Below, one piece after another: positions 18,287 to 27,169 of a DNA stretch of 64,000 bases. The stretch is from an uncultured Opitutales bacterium (GTDB lineage: Bacteria > Myxococcota_A > UBA9160 > SMWR01). Under the pieces are notes generated by a model that saw nothing but the letters and a program-made list of their open reading frames with translations, ran no database searches and was not told the origin of the DNA. A program made the translations under genes and the position numbers. Each line of letters begins with the position of its first letter. The first letter of the stretch is position 1. The stretch lies in contig CAXMOC010000275.1 in the NCBI GenBank assembly GCA_964194865.1, positions 1,482 to 65,481 on the forward strand, in the 5' to 3' direction.

Positions 18287-20092
18287 ATGAGACAGCCGCG
18301 AAAAGAGCTCCGGAACCTCGCGATCATCGCGCACGTCGACCACGGCAAGACCACCCTCTTGGATGGGCTCTTGCGCCAGTCGGGTGCTTTTCGCCTCCAG
18401 CAGGAGGTGGTCGAGCGCGTGATGGACAGCGAGGACCTCGAGCGGGAGCGAGGAATCACCATCCACTCCAAGGACACCTCGATCGCCTTCGAGGGGGTTC
18501 GCATCCACCTGGTAGATACCCCCGGGCACGCCGATTTCGGTGGAGAGGTCGAGCGCGTACTTGGAATGGTGGATGCCGTGCTGCTGTTGGTAGACGCAGT
18601 TGAGGGGGTTATGCCACAAACGCGCTTCGTGGTTTCGAAGGCGTTGGAGCACGGCTTGCGCCCGCTGCTGGTGGTCAACAAGGTGGATCGCCCCGAGCAG
18701 CGTTCGAACGAAGTGATCAACGAGGTCTTCGATCTGCTCGTCGATCTCGGGGCCAACGACGAGCAGCTCGATTTTCCGGTCATTTTCGCGTCTGCCAAAG
18801 ATGGGACCGCGACGCGTTCGCTCGACGAGCCGGGCGTGGATCTGCGACCGCTGCTCGAAGCCATCCTCGAATTCGCACCCCCGCCGATGGTCGACAGCGA
18901 CGCCTCGCTGCAGTTCCAGGCCGTCACGCTCGGCTACGACGACTACGTGGGCCGCCTGGTGATTGGGCGGGTGGTGCGGGGCAGACTGGTCCGCGGCGCC
19001 CGGTTGGTGCGAATTCCGGAGACCGGGCTGCCCCAATCGTTCCGGCTGACGAAGTTGTTCGGGGCGCGGGGCCTGGAGCGAGCCGAACTCGAGATTGCGG
19101 AAGCAGGAGACATCGCCGTCATCGCCGGAATCGACACGATCGACATCGGCGACACGGTTGCGGAGCCCGACGCGCCAGAGCCGCTGGAGCGCATCGCCGT
19201 CGATCCGCCCACCGTTCGGGTGCGATTCTCGGTCAACAATTCGCCGTTTTCGGGTCAGGAAGGGCGTTTTGTGACCAGCCGCCAGGTCGGCGAGCGGCTG
19301 GCCAGGGAGGCGCTCGGAAATGTTTCGATTCGCCTGGAAAGTTCGGAGCTGCGCGACACCTTCATCGTCGCCGGACGCGGAGAGCTGCTGATCGCAGTGT
19401 TGATCGAAACCTTGCGACGGGAGGGGTTCGAATTCAGCGTGTCGAGACCCGAGATCATCCAACGGGAAATCGGCGGAAGGTCCTGCGAGCCGGTCGAGGA
19501 CGTCGTGATCGAGGTTCCGACGATCTATGCGGGTGTCGTCTTGGAGAAGCTCGGTACGCGCAAGGGGCGGATGACGTCGATGGAGCATCGATCCGACAGC
19601 GTGCGGCTGCTCTTTACGGTTCCGAGTCGCGGTCTGTTCGGCTACCGAAGCGAGTTTCTATCCGACACAAGAGGCGACGGAATTCTGCACCGAACCGTGA
19701 GTGGATACGAGCCCTGGGCGGGAGAGCTTTCACACCGGGGTTTCGGTGCGGTGGTTTCGACCTCGAACGGGAAGACCACGCCCTACAGCCTGTATCACAT
19801 CCAGGAGCGCGCCTCGCTCTTCGTCGGCCCGAGTGTGCCGGTCTACGAGGGACAGATCATCGGAGAAACCCGCAGGCCACGCGATCTGAACGTCAACGCC
19901 GTTCGCCCCAAGAAGCTGACCAACGTTCGCGCAGCCGGCAAGGACGAGGCCACCGTACTTACCCCGGCGCGCCCGGTGAGCATCGAGTGGGCGCTCGAGT
20001 GGATGGAAGACGATGAGTTGCTCGAGGTGACCCCCAAGTCGCTTCGACTGCGCAAGCGCATCCTCCAGGCCAACCTGCGCAAACGCGCCTGA
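18287..20092 (+). CDS. typA: translational GTPase TypA/BipA
   Basis: ATG at 18287 gives MRQPRKELRNLAIIAHVDHGKTTL (G1), DTPGHADF (G3), NKVDR (G4). About 600 aa, typical for BipA. The listed 746-aa ORF is extended through the non-coding repeat array. Confidence 0.92.
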   Translation: MRQPRKELRNLAIIAHVDHGKTTLLDGLLRQSGAFRLQQEVVERVMDSEDLERERGITIHSKDTSIAFEGVRIHLVDTPGHADFGGEVERVLGMVDAVLLLVDAVEGVMPQTRFVVSKALEHGLRPLLVVNKVDRPEQRSNEVINEVFDLLVDLGANDEQLDFPVIFASAKDGTATRSLDEPGVDLRPLLEAILEFAPPPMVDSDASLQFQAVTLGYDDYVGRLVIGRVVRGRLVRGARLVRIPETGLPQSFRLTKLFGARGLERAELEIAEAGDIAVIAGIDTIDIGDTVAEPDAPEPLERIAVDPPTVRVRFSVNNSPFSGQEGRFVTSRQVGERLAREALGNVSIRLESSELRDTFIVAGRGELLIAVLIETLRREGFEFSVSRPEIIQREIGGRSCEPVEDVVIEVPTIYAGVVLEKLGTRKGRMTSMEHRSDSVRLLFTVPSRGLFGYRSEFLSDTRGDGILHRTVSGYEPWAGELSHRGFGAVVSTSNGKTTPYSLYHIQERASLFVGPSVPVYEGQIIGETRRPRDLNVNAVRPKKLTNVRAAGKDEATVLTPARPVSIEWALEWMEDDELLEVTPKSLRLRKRILQANLRKRA

Positions 20093-20116
20093 TCGCCCCG
20101 ACGCAGGGGCAGAGCT

Positions 20117-20536
20117 CTAGGCACTCTCGACGGTGAGTCCGACTTCCTGACCGAATGAGATTTCGAGCGTGTGGCCATCGGGGTCGCGGATGAACGCCCA
20201 GTAGCCAACCGGAGGTCCGTAGTTCATGGGTCCTGCGATCAAACACTGATCGTCTCTCGCGTTCTCACACAGGCGGTCGACCTCCTCGCGGCTCTCGCAT
20301 GCGACACCGAGGTGGGCGAAGGGCATCAAGGGAAACTCGACGTCCGGCGATTCCATCAAGACGATCACGAAGGGCCGAGTCTTGTCACTCAGCCAGACGA
20401 TCTGGGGCCGGCGGTGGACGACCTTCATTTTTGCGTAGTTGGAATAGAAGCCGACGCTCGCGTCGAGATCGGTGACAGGCAGGGCGACATGGGTGAGGCC
20501 GACGTCTTTGCGGCTGTCCGCGTGACTCATCAGCAC
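20117..20536 (-). CDS. VOC (glyoxalase/bleomycin-resistance/dioxygenase) family protein
   Basis: Single paired beta-alpha-beta-beta-beta module pattern, LTHVALPVTDLDASVGFY. Confidence 0.8.
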   Translation of the reverse strand: MLMSHADSRKDVGLTHVALPVTDLDASVGFYSNYAKMKVVHRRPQIVWLSDKTRPFVIVLMESPDVEFPLMPFAHLGVACESREEVDRLCENARDDQCLIAGPMNYGPPVGYWAFIRDPDGHTLEISFGQEVGLTVESA

Positions 20537-20564
20537 CGACTCCTCGAAGCCGACGGACGGGCCC

Positions 20565-20942
20565 TCAGCTCAGCTTGATCTTGCTTCCCAACGGTGCGGC
20601 ACCCGGAACGATGATCCTGGATGCGTCCTGCCGTTGCACTTCCCGAGCTTCTTCGATCATTCGCTCGATCGCCTCGCCGATTGCCACGGGGAATTGGTCC
20701 ATCGCTTGTTCGAGGTTGGGCGCCTCGATCGCGCAGCTCACCGGCAACGGGCCCATCTGGGACATCAACTGAGTCTGGCCCTGAAACAGGGTCGGGCGGG
20801 TCTCGTCCGGGGAGCCGTCCGACTTGACGGGCGAGAGGCGCCGGATCGTCGCGATCTTGAGGTCCGTGAAGACCTCCTCGAGGTAGAGGTTGTCGCGATC
20901 GACCTCGATTTCCTCGAGCGGGGTTGAACTGGGGCTAGTCAC
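20565..20942 (-). CDS. hypothetical protein
   Basis: GTG start preceded by GGAGAGGAGAG. Protein-like composition. No motif recognised. Confidence 0.5.
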   Translation of the reverse strand: MTSPSSTPLEEIEVDRDNLYLEEVFTDLKIATIRRLSPVKSDGSPDETRPTLFQGQTQLMSQMGPLPVSCAIEAPNLEQAMDQFPVAIGEAIERMIEEAREVQRQDASRIIVPGAAPLGSKIKLS

Positions 20943-21020
20943 CGGGGCTCTCCTCTCCCGTGGGGCCTGCGCTCGACGCCCGCGACTCTAGCAGAGCCTC
21001 CGCGCGGCCCGAGAGTCGAA

Positions 21021-21036
21021 TGTGACCGGTGTCACA
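21021..21036. promoter_or_regulatory. candidate CRP/FNR-family operator, TGTGA-N6-TCACA
   Basis: Exact TGTGACCGGTGTCACA in a 451 bp divergent intergenic region, about 80 bp upstream of the minus-strand gene that starts at 20942. Confidence 0.4.
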
Positions 21037-21393
21037 GAATCTAACCGATACCTGCGGTCCCTTTGAGCCAGCACAGCGGGAAGGGAATGCGGCAGGGGCT
21101 CTTTTGGGGGAGAGTCGATGTCGGTCACCGTCTGGTTTCTAACACTCGGGATCGTGTTCTCACTCGGATTCCATCTGGGGCATCGCCTCGGGTCCGAGGG
21201 CGCGGAGCATCGCTAGCCAGGGAGGCTGATCATCTTCCCGGCAGCGTCTCGAACGGCCATCTGGTCAGAATCGGCCGGGCACTCGCCACATCCAAGCGCG
21301 GGTGCGAAGCGGTGTCATTCGTGCGAGGGTCGGGTCCGCCCTGTTGTAGAGCCCGGTGCAACGCGACGGGGTTCCAGCTGGAGATCGACTACG

Positions 21394-22218
21394 GTGACTC
21401 TCGTCTGCAGCGACGAACAGCGCTCGGCCTGGGACCGCGATGGATTCTTCATCGAGCGCGGATTCCAGCAGCCCGCACGGGTCGTCGCCATGGAAGAGCG
21501 CGTGGTGCGGCTCGCACAGCATCACGCAGCAGGGGGCTCGATCGGGGACGCGTACCTGGTGCCGGAGAAGAGGATCGCCCAGGCATCGGCAACCGCAGAT
21601 GGCGCGTTGTCCAAGGTCTTCAGGGTTCATCGCAGCGAGCCCCTGTTTCGCCGTTTCGCCTGTGATCCGAGAGTGCTCGACCTGGTCGAGTCGATCCTCG
21701 GCCCCGACCTGGACTGCTTCCTTTCGCAGTTCATCTTCAAGCTGCCCGGGGCGTTGGGTCAGCCGTGGCATCAGGACGCCTTTTATTTCCCGTTCGACCG
21801 GGAGCCCCAGGTGGGCGTCTGGCTCGCGGTGACGGAGGCGACCCTCGACAATGGCCCGCTCTGGGTGCTGCCAGGATCTCATCGCGAACCCGTGCATCCC
21901 GTCGTTCCGGATCGACGCGAACACGCAAACTTCGCCTACGTAGAGATCGTCGATCACGACATGTCCGAAGCGATTCCGGTGCTGATGGCGCCCGGCGACG
22001 CGCTCTTCTTCCACAGTGGGCTGATGCACAAGTCGACCGACAACGAGTCGACGCACAAGCGCGCTGCGATGGTTTATCACTATGGCGAATCGGAAACGGT
22101 CGATCGCAGCGTGGAGAAGTTCGGCTTCGTGCCACCCAACATCGATTGGATGCCGGTGCGTCGCGGCGGCCAGCCGGTCTCGCTCGAATCGGATGCCGGG
22201 TCTGGCGCTTCGCCCTAG
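21394..22218 (+). CDS. phytanoyl-CoA dioxygenase (PhyH) family Fe(II)/2-oxoglutarate oxygenase
   Basis: WHQDAFYFP (HxD) and distal FFHSGLMHKS His. GTG start. Confidence 0.8.
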   Translation: MTLVCSDEQRSAWDRDGFFIERGFQQPARVVAMEERVVRLAQHHAAGGSIGDAYLVPEKRIAQASATADGALSKVFRVHRSEPLFRRFACDPRVLDLVESILGPDLDCFLSQFIFKLPGALGQPWHQDAFYFPFDREPQVGVWLAVTEATLDNGPLWVLPGSHREPVHPVVPDRREHANFAYVEIVDHDMSEAIPVLMAPGDALFFHSGLMHKSTDNESTHKRAAMVYHYGESETVDRSVEKFGFVPPNIDWMPVRRGGQPVSLESDAGSGASP

Positions 22219-22241
22219 TTCGCGACAGCTTCTACCTGCCG

Positions 22242-23984
22242 ATGGATCCCTCTCGCTTCAATCCCGAGCAGCGCCGCCGAGTTCTGCATCGGTTGAGAGA
22301 CGAAAAGTTCGACCTGGCGATCATCGGGGGCGGCGTTACGGGCTGCGGAGCGGCACTGGACGCCGCGTCCCGCGGCCTTTCGGTGGCGTTGATCGAGAAG
22401 CGTGACTTCGCGGCCGGCACTTCGAGCCGATCGAGCAAGCTGATCCACGGGGGCCTGCGCTATCTCGAGCAGCTCCACTTCGGGTTGGTTCGGGAAGCCC
22501 GCTCCGAGCAATCACTGCTGCTGACGCGGCTATGTCCCCACCTGGTTCGACCGGTTCCGTTCCTGTATCCGCTCCGCCACCGCGTGTGGGAGCGGGCCTA
22601 TGTGGGTGCCGGAGCGTTGCTGTACGACCGCATCGGTGGGAAGCCAGTGCTGCCCCGCCACCGGCACCTGACCCGGAGGGCGGCGCTGACGTTGTTCCCC
22701 GCCCTCCGCCGCGACGCGCTCGTCGGGGCGATTCAGTACTACGACGCCCAGGTCGACGATGCCCGCCACACCCTCGCATTGGCGCGCAGCGCCGCGATCT
22801 ACGGCGCGGCGCTGGCCACCAGCATTCGGGCGATTGGTTTCGAGAAGCGTGACGGCCGAATTCGCGCGATCCGCGCGCGCTGTCTCGAGACTGGCGCCGA
22901 TCTCGAGATCCGCGCCGACCAGGTGATCAACGCCACCGGAGTCTGGACCGAGGGCGTCCATGGTCTGGCTGGCGGTGGACACATCCGGGTGCGCGCGTCG
23001 AAGGGCATTCACCTGCTCGTCGAGCGCGACCGCATACCCGCCGAAAGCGGTCTGATCCTGCGCACCGCATCCAGCGTCCTGTTCGTGATTCCGTGGCGCG
23101 ACCACTGGGTGATCGGCACCACGGATACCGGCTGGAACCTCGATCTCGATCATCCCGCTGCCAGTCGCAAAGACATCGATTATCTGCTGACCACCTTGAA
23201 CGCCGTTCTCTCCAATCCCTTGGAGCACCGGGACATCGTGGGCGTCTACGCGGGCCTGCGCCCTCTGCTCTACGGCGAGGACGATTCCACGAGCCGACTC
23301 TCGCGGGAACACGCCGTCTCGACCGCAGACTCCGGTCTGATCAGCGTCGCCGGTGGGAAGTACACCACGTACCGGATCATGGCGAAGGATGCGGTCGACC
23401 TGGCTGCCAGGCGGCTCGACGCTGCAGTGCCGCCGTCGAGCACCCATCGTCTACCACTGATCGGGGCCGAAGGTTACCAGAGCCTTCTCGAGCGTCGCAG
23501 CGAGTTAGCCCGCCAAGCCGGGCTGCCTGAGACGAGGATCGCCGGGCTCCTGGAGCGGTACGGCTCGTGCTGTACCGAGCTGCTCGCGATGATCGAGGAA
23601 CGACCGGAGCTCGGAGAGCCGCTGGAAGGGGCGGAAGCTTATCTGCGCTGCGAGGCCCTTTACGCGGCGACCCACGAGGGTGTACTGCACCTCGACGATC
23701 TCCTCACGCGACGCCTGCGGGTTTCCATTGAGACGCCGGATCGCGGGCTGCGGGCCGCGCAGTCCGTCAGCAATCTTGTGTCTGCCGCGCTGGGCTGGAG
23801 CGAAGAGACCAGACAGCGCGAGATCGTGCACTACGAGGCGAGGGTGGCAGCGGAGCGGGAATCCCAGGAGCAGCTCGACGACCGCACCGCGGATGCAGCT
23901 CGGCTGGGCGCGCCCGATGTTCGCACGGGCGGCCGAGCCGCCGGACTCCCGCCGTCGTCCGATCGTCGACGGCTGCCAGGGTAG
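22242..23984 (+). CDS. glpD: FAD-dependent glycerol-3-phosphate dehydrogenase
   Basis: ATG at 22242. DLAIIGGGVTGCGAALDAASRG FAD motif, GTSSRSSKLIHGGLRYLE, and a C-terminal GlpD alpha-helical domain. Confidence 0.88.
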   Translation: MDPSRFNPEQRRRVLHRLRDEKFDLAIIGGGVTGCGAALDAASRGLSVALIEKRDFAAGTSSRSSKLIHGGLRYLEQLHFGLVREARSEQSLLLTRLCPHLVRPVPFLYPLRHRVWERAYVGAGALLYDRIGGKPVLPRHRHLTRRAALTLFPALRRDALVGAIQYYDAQVDDARHTLALARSAAIYGAALATSIRAIGFEKRDGRIRAIRARCLETGADLEIRADQVINATGVWTEGVHGLAGGGHIRVRASKGIHLLVERDRIPAESGLILRTASSVLFVIPWRDHWVIGTTDTGWNLDLDHPAASRKDIDYLLTTLNAVLSNPLEHRDIVGVYAGLRPLLYGEDDSTSRLSREHAVSTADSGLISVAGGKYTTYRIMAKDAVDLAARRLDAAVPPSSTHRLPLIGAEGYQSLLERRSELARQAGLPETRIAGLLERYGSCCTELLAMIEERPELGEPLEGAEAYLRCEALYAATHEGVLHLDDLLTRRLRVSIETPDRGLRAAQSVSNLVSAALGWSEETRQREIVHYEARVAAERESQEQLDDRTADAARLGAPDVRTGGRAAGLPPSSDRRRLPG

Positions 23985-23988
23985 CTGT

Positions 23989-24600
23989 TCAGGTCTTGGC
24001 TTTCTGGATGTAGTAACGGACCAGCTCGAAGCGGTCGTTGCCCCAGAACATTTCGTCCCCAACGAACAGCGTTGGCGCACCGAATACTCCGCGCTCGACC
24101 GCAGCGCGCGAGTCGGCGTCCAATCGCTCCCGCAGCTGCTCCGATTGGGCGCGCTCCAGCGCGTCGTCCGCGTCCAGACCGGCACCCGCCAGTAGCGAAC
24201 CCACGATTTCGGGGTCGGCGATGTCGCGGGCCTCGGCCCAGCGCGCGCGGAAAGCGGGATAGTGGAACTCGCGGAACCGGCCCTCGTCGCGGGCGACCAG
24301 AGCCGCTTGGGTCATCAGCCGAACACTGGGTCGATGCTTTCGGCTCTCCGGAGAGAACTGCGCACCGCATAGCTCTGCCCAATGTTGGAGGTCCGCCGCG
24401 TAGTTCTCTCGCTTTCTCGGTCCCAGGCGAGGGCTCTCGACGCCCTCAGGCAGTGGGTTGGGCGATTTCTCGACGATGATCGAAAGCAGGGCGGGGCGAA
24501 AATCGAGTTCCACGCCGAGATCGTTGAAATAGGGCTCCGCTCGGCAACTGCCGAGATAGGCCCAGGGTCAGGCGTAGTCGAAGTAGAAGGGAATCTGCAC
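23989..24600 (-). CDS. DsbA / 2-hydroxychromene-2-carboxylate isomerase-fold protein with in-frame TGA at codon 11 (candidate selenocysteine; alternatively a pseudogene)
   Basis: The C-terminal 174 aa form the listed ORF (GVFGAPTLFVGDEMFWGNDRFE). The same frame upstream reads GTG(24600) QIPFYFDYA TGA(24570..24568) PWAYLG. GAGGAG lies 5 nt before the GTG. Confidence 0.6.
24532..24563 (-). promoter_or_regulatory. SECIS-like stem-loop downstream of the in-frame UGA
   Basis: The mRNA reads UGA CCCU GGGC CUAU CUCGGC AGUU GCCGAG CGGA GCCC. This gives a 6-bp upper helix starting 12 nt after the UGA, GU in the tetraloop, and a 4-bp lower helix across a 4x4 internal loop. Confidence 0.45.
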
Positions 24601-24686
24601 GGCTTCTCCTCAGCTCGAACTCGAGGCGAGTCCTCTGGCTGCCATTCTGGCGCAGAAGCTGGTGAATGTCCCGCCCGACCTCGCTC

Positions 24687-25229
24687 TCACTTCGACGAGT
24701 CAGAAGCCTCTCGATCTGCGCCGATTCGATCGCAGAAGACGCCGAAGCTCCAGCTGGTCTCGTCAGCGGCGAGCCGACGCTCGAGCAGGTCCGCGAGGTA
24801 CGACCAGGACCAACCGACGAGCTGGTCGTCGAGAAAGATCAGCGGTTCGAGTTGTAATCGGCCCTGCACGAAGGGGCAGTCGGAGACACCCCAGGCCTCG
24901 ACGAAGAACCGCGTCACCTCGTACTCCTCACCTAGCGTCGAGGTGTAACTACGGCTGTCGAAGGGATTGCCGATGGCTGCCGGTCCTGCTCCCCATTCGT
25001 TCTTCCAGGGGGGCTCCGTCTCGAGGCGTCCGATCGCGTCGAGCGCGTCGCTTCGAGACACGCCGTAGGTGAGCTGCTCGCGAGCCAGCTCTGCCCTGCA
25101 GCCGATGGCGCGGTGTCCATCGCCACGCGGGCAACTGCCAGAAGCGCAGCCGAGCCCCAGCAGCTGCAGCCATAGCAGCGCTGCGATTACCCCCGAAGGG
25201 CAGGTCGCAAACTTCCAGATCCGATTCAT
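24687..25229 (-). CDS. hypothetical lipoprotein
   Basis: MNRIWKF start. Signal peptide with lipobox LLGLGC. The listed 350-aa ORF is an Arg-rich artefactual extension. Confidence 0.6.
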   Translation of the reverse strand: MNRIWKFATCPSGVIAALLWLQLLGLGCASGSCPRGDGHRAIGCRAELAREQLTYGVSRSDALDAIGRLETEPPWKNEWGAGPAAIGNPFDSRSYTSTLGEEYEVTRFFVEAWGVSDCPFVQGRLQLEPLIFLDDQLVGWSWSYLADLLERRLAADETSWSFGVFCDRIGADREASDSSK

Positions 25230-25231
25230 GA

Positions 25232-26233
25232 TCAGGGCTCGAGCACCACCTTGATGGCCCCCTCGTCGCGTCGGGCTGCCGTCGCGAAGCCCTCGGCCGC
25301 AGCTTCCAAGGGTAGACGGTGCGTGATCAAGATCTCCGAGATCTCGGGCCGCCGACCGAGCACGGCCGCCGCCGCATCGATGTCGCGAATCAATCCGCGC
25401 TGTGCATACATCGATGACGCGAGAATCGAGAGCCCCTTGTTGGTCACTTCGAAACTCGGCAGGCTGAGGCCGCTCCAGTAGGTCGCCAACAGCAACAGCG
25501 TTGCGCCGGGTCGACAGAGGCTCACGCAGCGCTCGAGCGAGTCGGGCGTTCCGGCAGCATCGACGACGACGTCGTACTCGCCCTCCACGCCGACAGCGCC
25601 GAGGCGCCGACCGGCCTCTCTCTGCGCCTCGTGCCGGGCCTCGAGAGCGATCGACGCTCCGCCGACGCAACCCGCAGCGACGGCGCACAGGCCGATCGAG
25701 CCACCTCCTACTACCGCCGCCCGTGGTCTGCCTTTCCAATTCAAGCGTCGCAGACCACAGACCGCCACAGCCAGGGGCTCGATCAGGCAGGCGTCGCGGA
25801 CGTCGACGCCGCTCGGGAGGCGAACCAGACAGCGCTCGGGGACGACCATCTCGTCGGCCATTCCCCCGTCGCGGCCAACGCCCATGACCATCTCACTTCC
25901 GCGGCGACACCAGTTGTACTCACCAGCGGCGCAGAATTCGCAGTGAGAGCAAGGCGCCAGCGGCTCGATGGCCACCGGGGTTCCATCCCTCAACTCCCCA
26001 GCCATTTCGTGGCCCAGGGTGTGTGGAACCGGAAAACCACCGGCCGCCATATGAAGATCTGATCCACAAATGCCGGCCGACCGGATCGAAACCCGAACGC
26101 CTTCCCCAGCGGGTGCGGGAACTTCGATGACCTCGACAGCACCTTTTGTACAGCGAACTGCTCGCAACGTTCCCCGCGGATTCGATCCAACTGCCACCGG
26201 TGTCGGGCTTGCGGGGCACCCCCGCGCCGACAC
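25232..26233 (-). CDS. zinc-binding alcohol dehydrogenase (MDR family)
   Basis: ICGSDLH, GHEMAGE (catalytic Zn) and the structural-Zn Cys cluster CSHCEFCAAGEYNWC. A TTG at 26167 giving (M)RAVRCTKGAVEV is a likelier start than 26233. Confidence 0.85.
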   Translation of the reverse strand: MSARGCPASPTPVAVGSNPRGTLRAVRCTKGAVEVIEVPAPAGEGVRVSIRSAGICGSDLHMAAGGFPVPHTLGHEMAGELRDGTPVAIEPLAPCSHCEFCAAGEYNWCRRGSEMVMGVGRDGGMADEMVVPERCLVRLPSGVDVRDACLIEPLAVAVCGLRRLNWKGRPRAAVVGGGSIGLCAVAAGCVGGASIALEARHEAQREAGRRLGAVGVEGEYDVVVDAAGTPDSLERCVSLCRPGATLLLLATYWSGLSLPSFEVTNKGLSILASSMYAQRGLIRDIDAAAAVLGRRPEISEILITHRLPLEAAAEGFATAARRDEGAIKVVLEP

Positions 26234-26252
26234 TTCCGGTCGGTGAGTTGGC

Positions 26253-26326
26253 TGGATCCCCGGCGTGGATTCGAACCACGATTCACAGATTCAAAGTCTG
26301 TTGTCCTGCCATTGGACGACCGGGGA
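26253..26326 (-). tRNA. tRNA-Gln (anticodon UUG)
   Basis: Hand-folded 74-nt cloverleaf. Acceptor UCCCCGG/CCGGGGA, D-arm GUCC/GGAC, anticodon arm ACAGA-CUUUGAA-UCUGU, T-arm CGUGG-UUCGAAU-CCACG, discriminator U, encoded CCA. Confidence 0.9.
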
Positions 26327-26554
26327 ACCGAGTAGGAGAACATAGGAGATCGACAACCCGACGCACGCAGTCTGCGGCCGCTGCGCCGGGAGGAGCATTC
26401 CCTCGCAACGCTCGCATGCGAATGCTGGCGGCTCGATCCCCTGCGTCCCAGCGGCCCCGAACGGGGGGTTTCGCTCATCCGAAGCCAGAGCCGAGGCCCG
26501 CCGCCAGTTCAGAGGGCTAGAGCCGATCCAGTCTTGAGGGGGCTGGCGTGACAG

Positions 26555-27076
26555 TTATTCGCCGGTCCAGTAGTCGACGTCAGCGTCAAGGGGATAGAAC
26601 CGTTTCAAGGAGGACGCTTCGATCCTTCCGCCGGGCGCGGCGCCCACGAACACCCCCATCTTGTGCGAATCGGGATAGACCACGACATCCGGCTCGATCA
26701 TGGTCGAGAAACATAGAAAGACGAGGTCCGCATCCGAGTCGTTGACGATTCGATGTGAGTGGGCCTCGCCAAGCGGAAGCGCCACGTAATCGCCGGCTGC
26801 GATCGCGATGTCTTCTTCGCCCATTTGCAACTTCCCGGTGCCGCCGAGTACATAGACCGCCTCCTCGTTGGCGGTGTGGTAGTGACGAGGCCAGCTGTGC
26901 GTGCGGGCGGGGATCCGCATCAAGCTGCAGCCGAGCCGCTCGGCGGAGGTTGCCGCCCCGAGCTTCTTGCGAAAGAAGCGCGAGCGCCGATCTGCAGACG
27001 TCTCTTCTTGCCACTCCAGATCGTCCTGGTGGATCACGTGTTTCGGGCGCGCTCGTCCCGCGACCTGACCGGACAT
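26555..27076 (-). CDS. cupin domain protein
   Basis: ATG at 27076 follows GGAGGGAG. Cupin motifs PRHYHTANEEAVYVLGG and GEAHSHRIVN. Confidence 0.8.
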   Translation of the reverse strand: MSGQVAGRARPKHVIHQDDLEWQEETSADRRSRFFRKKLGAATSAERLGCSLMRIPARTHSWPRHYHTANEEAVYVLGGTGKLQMGEEDIAIAAGDYVALPLGEAHSHRIVNDSDADLVFLCFSTMIEPDVVVYPDSHKMGVFVGAAPGGRIEASSLKRFYPLDADVDYWTGE

Positions 27077-27169
27077 GATGTCTCCCTCCAGCACAGTTTG
27101 GCGACCCGCCGTGGCGGATGGCCTCGCCAGCAGGCCTCACGTGTTTCGACCTTTGCTGCGGGCGGGACG

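Noticed and set aside
26253-26326. tRNA-Gln as an attachment site for an integrated element.
   Set aside because: There is no integrase, no direct repeat of the tRNA 3' end that I could see, and the flanking genes are ordinary metabolic genes.
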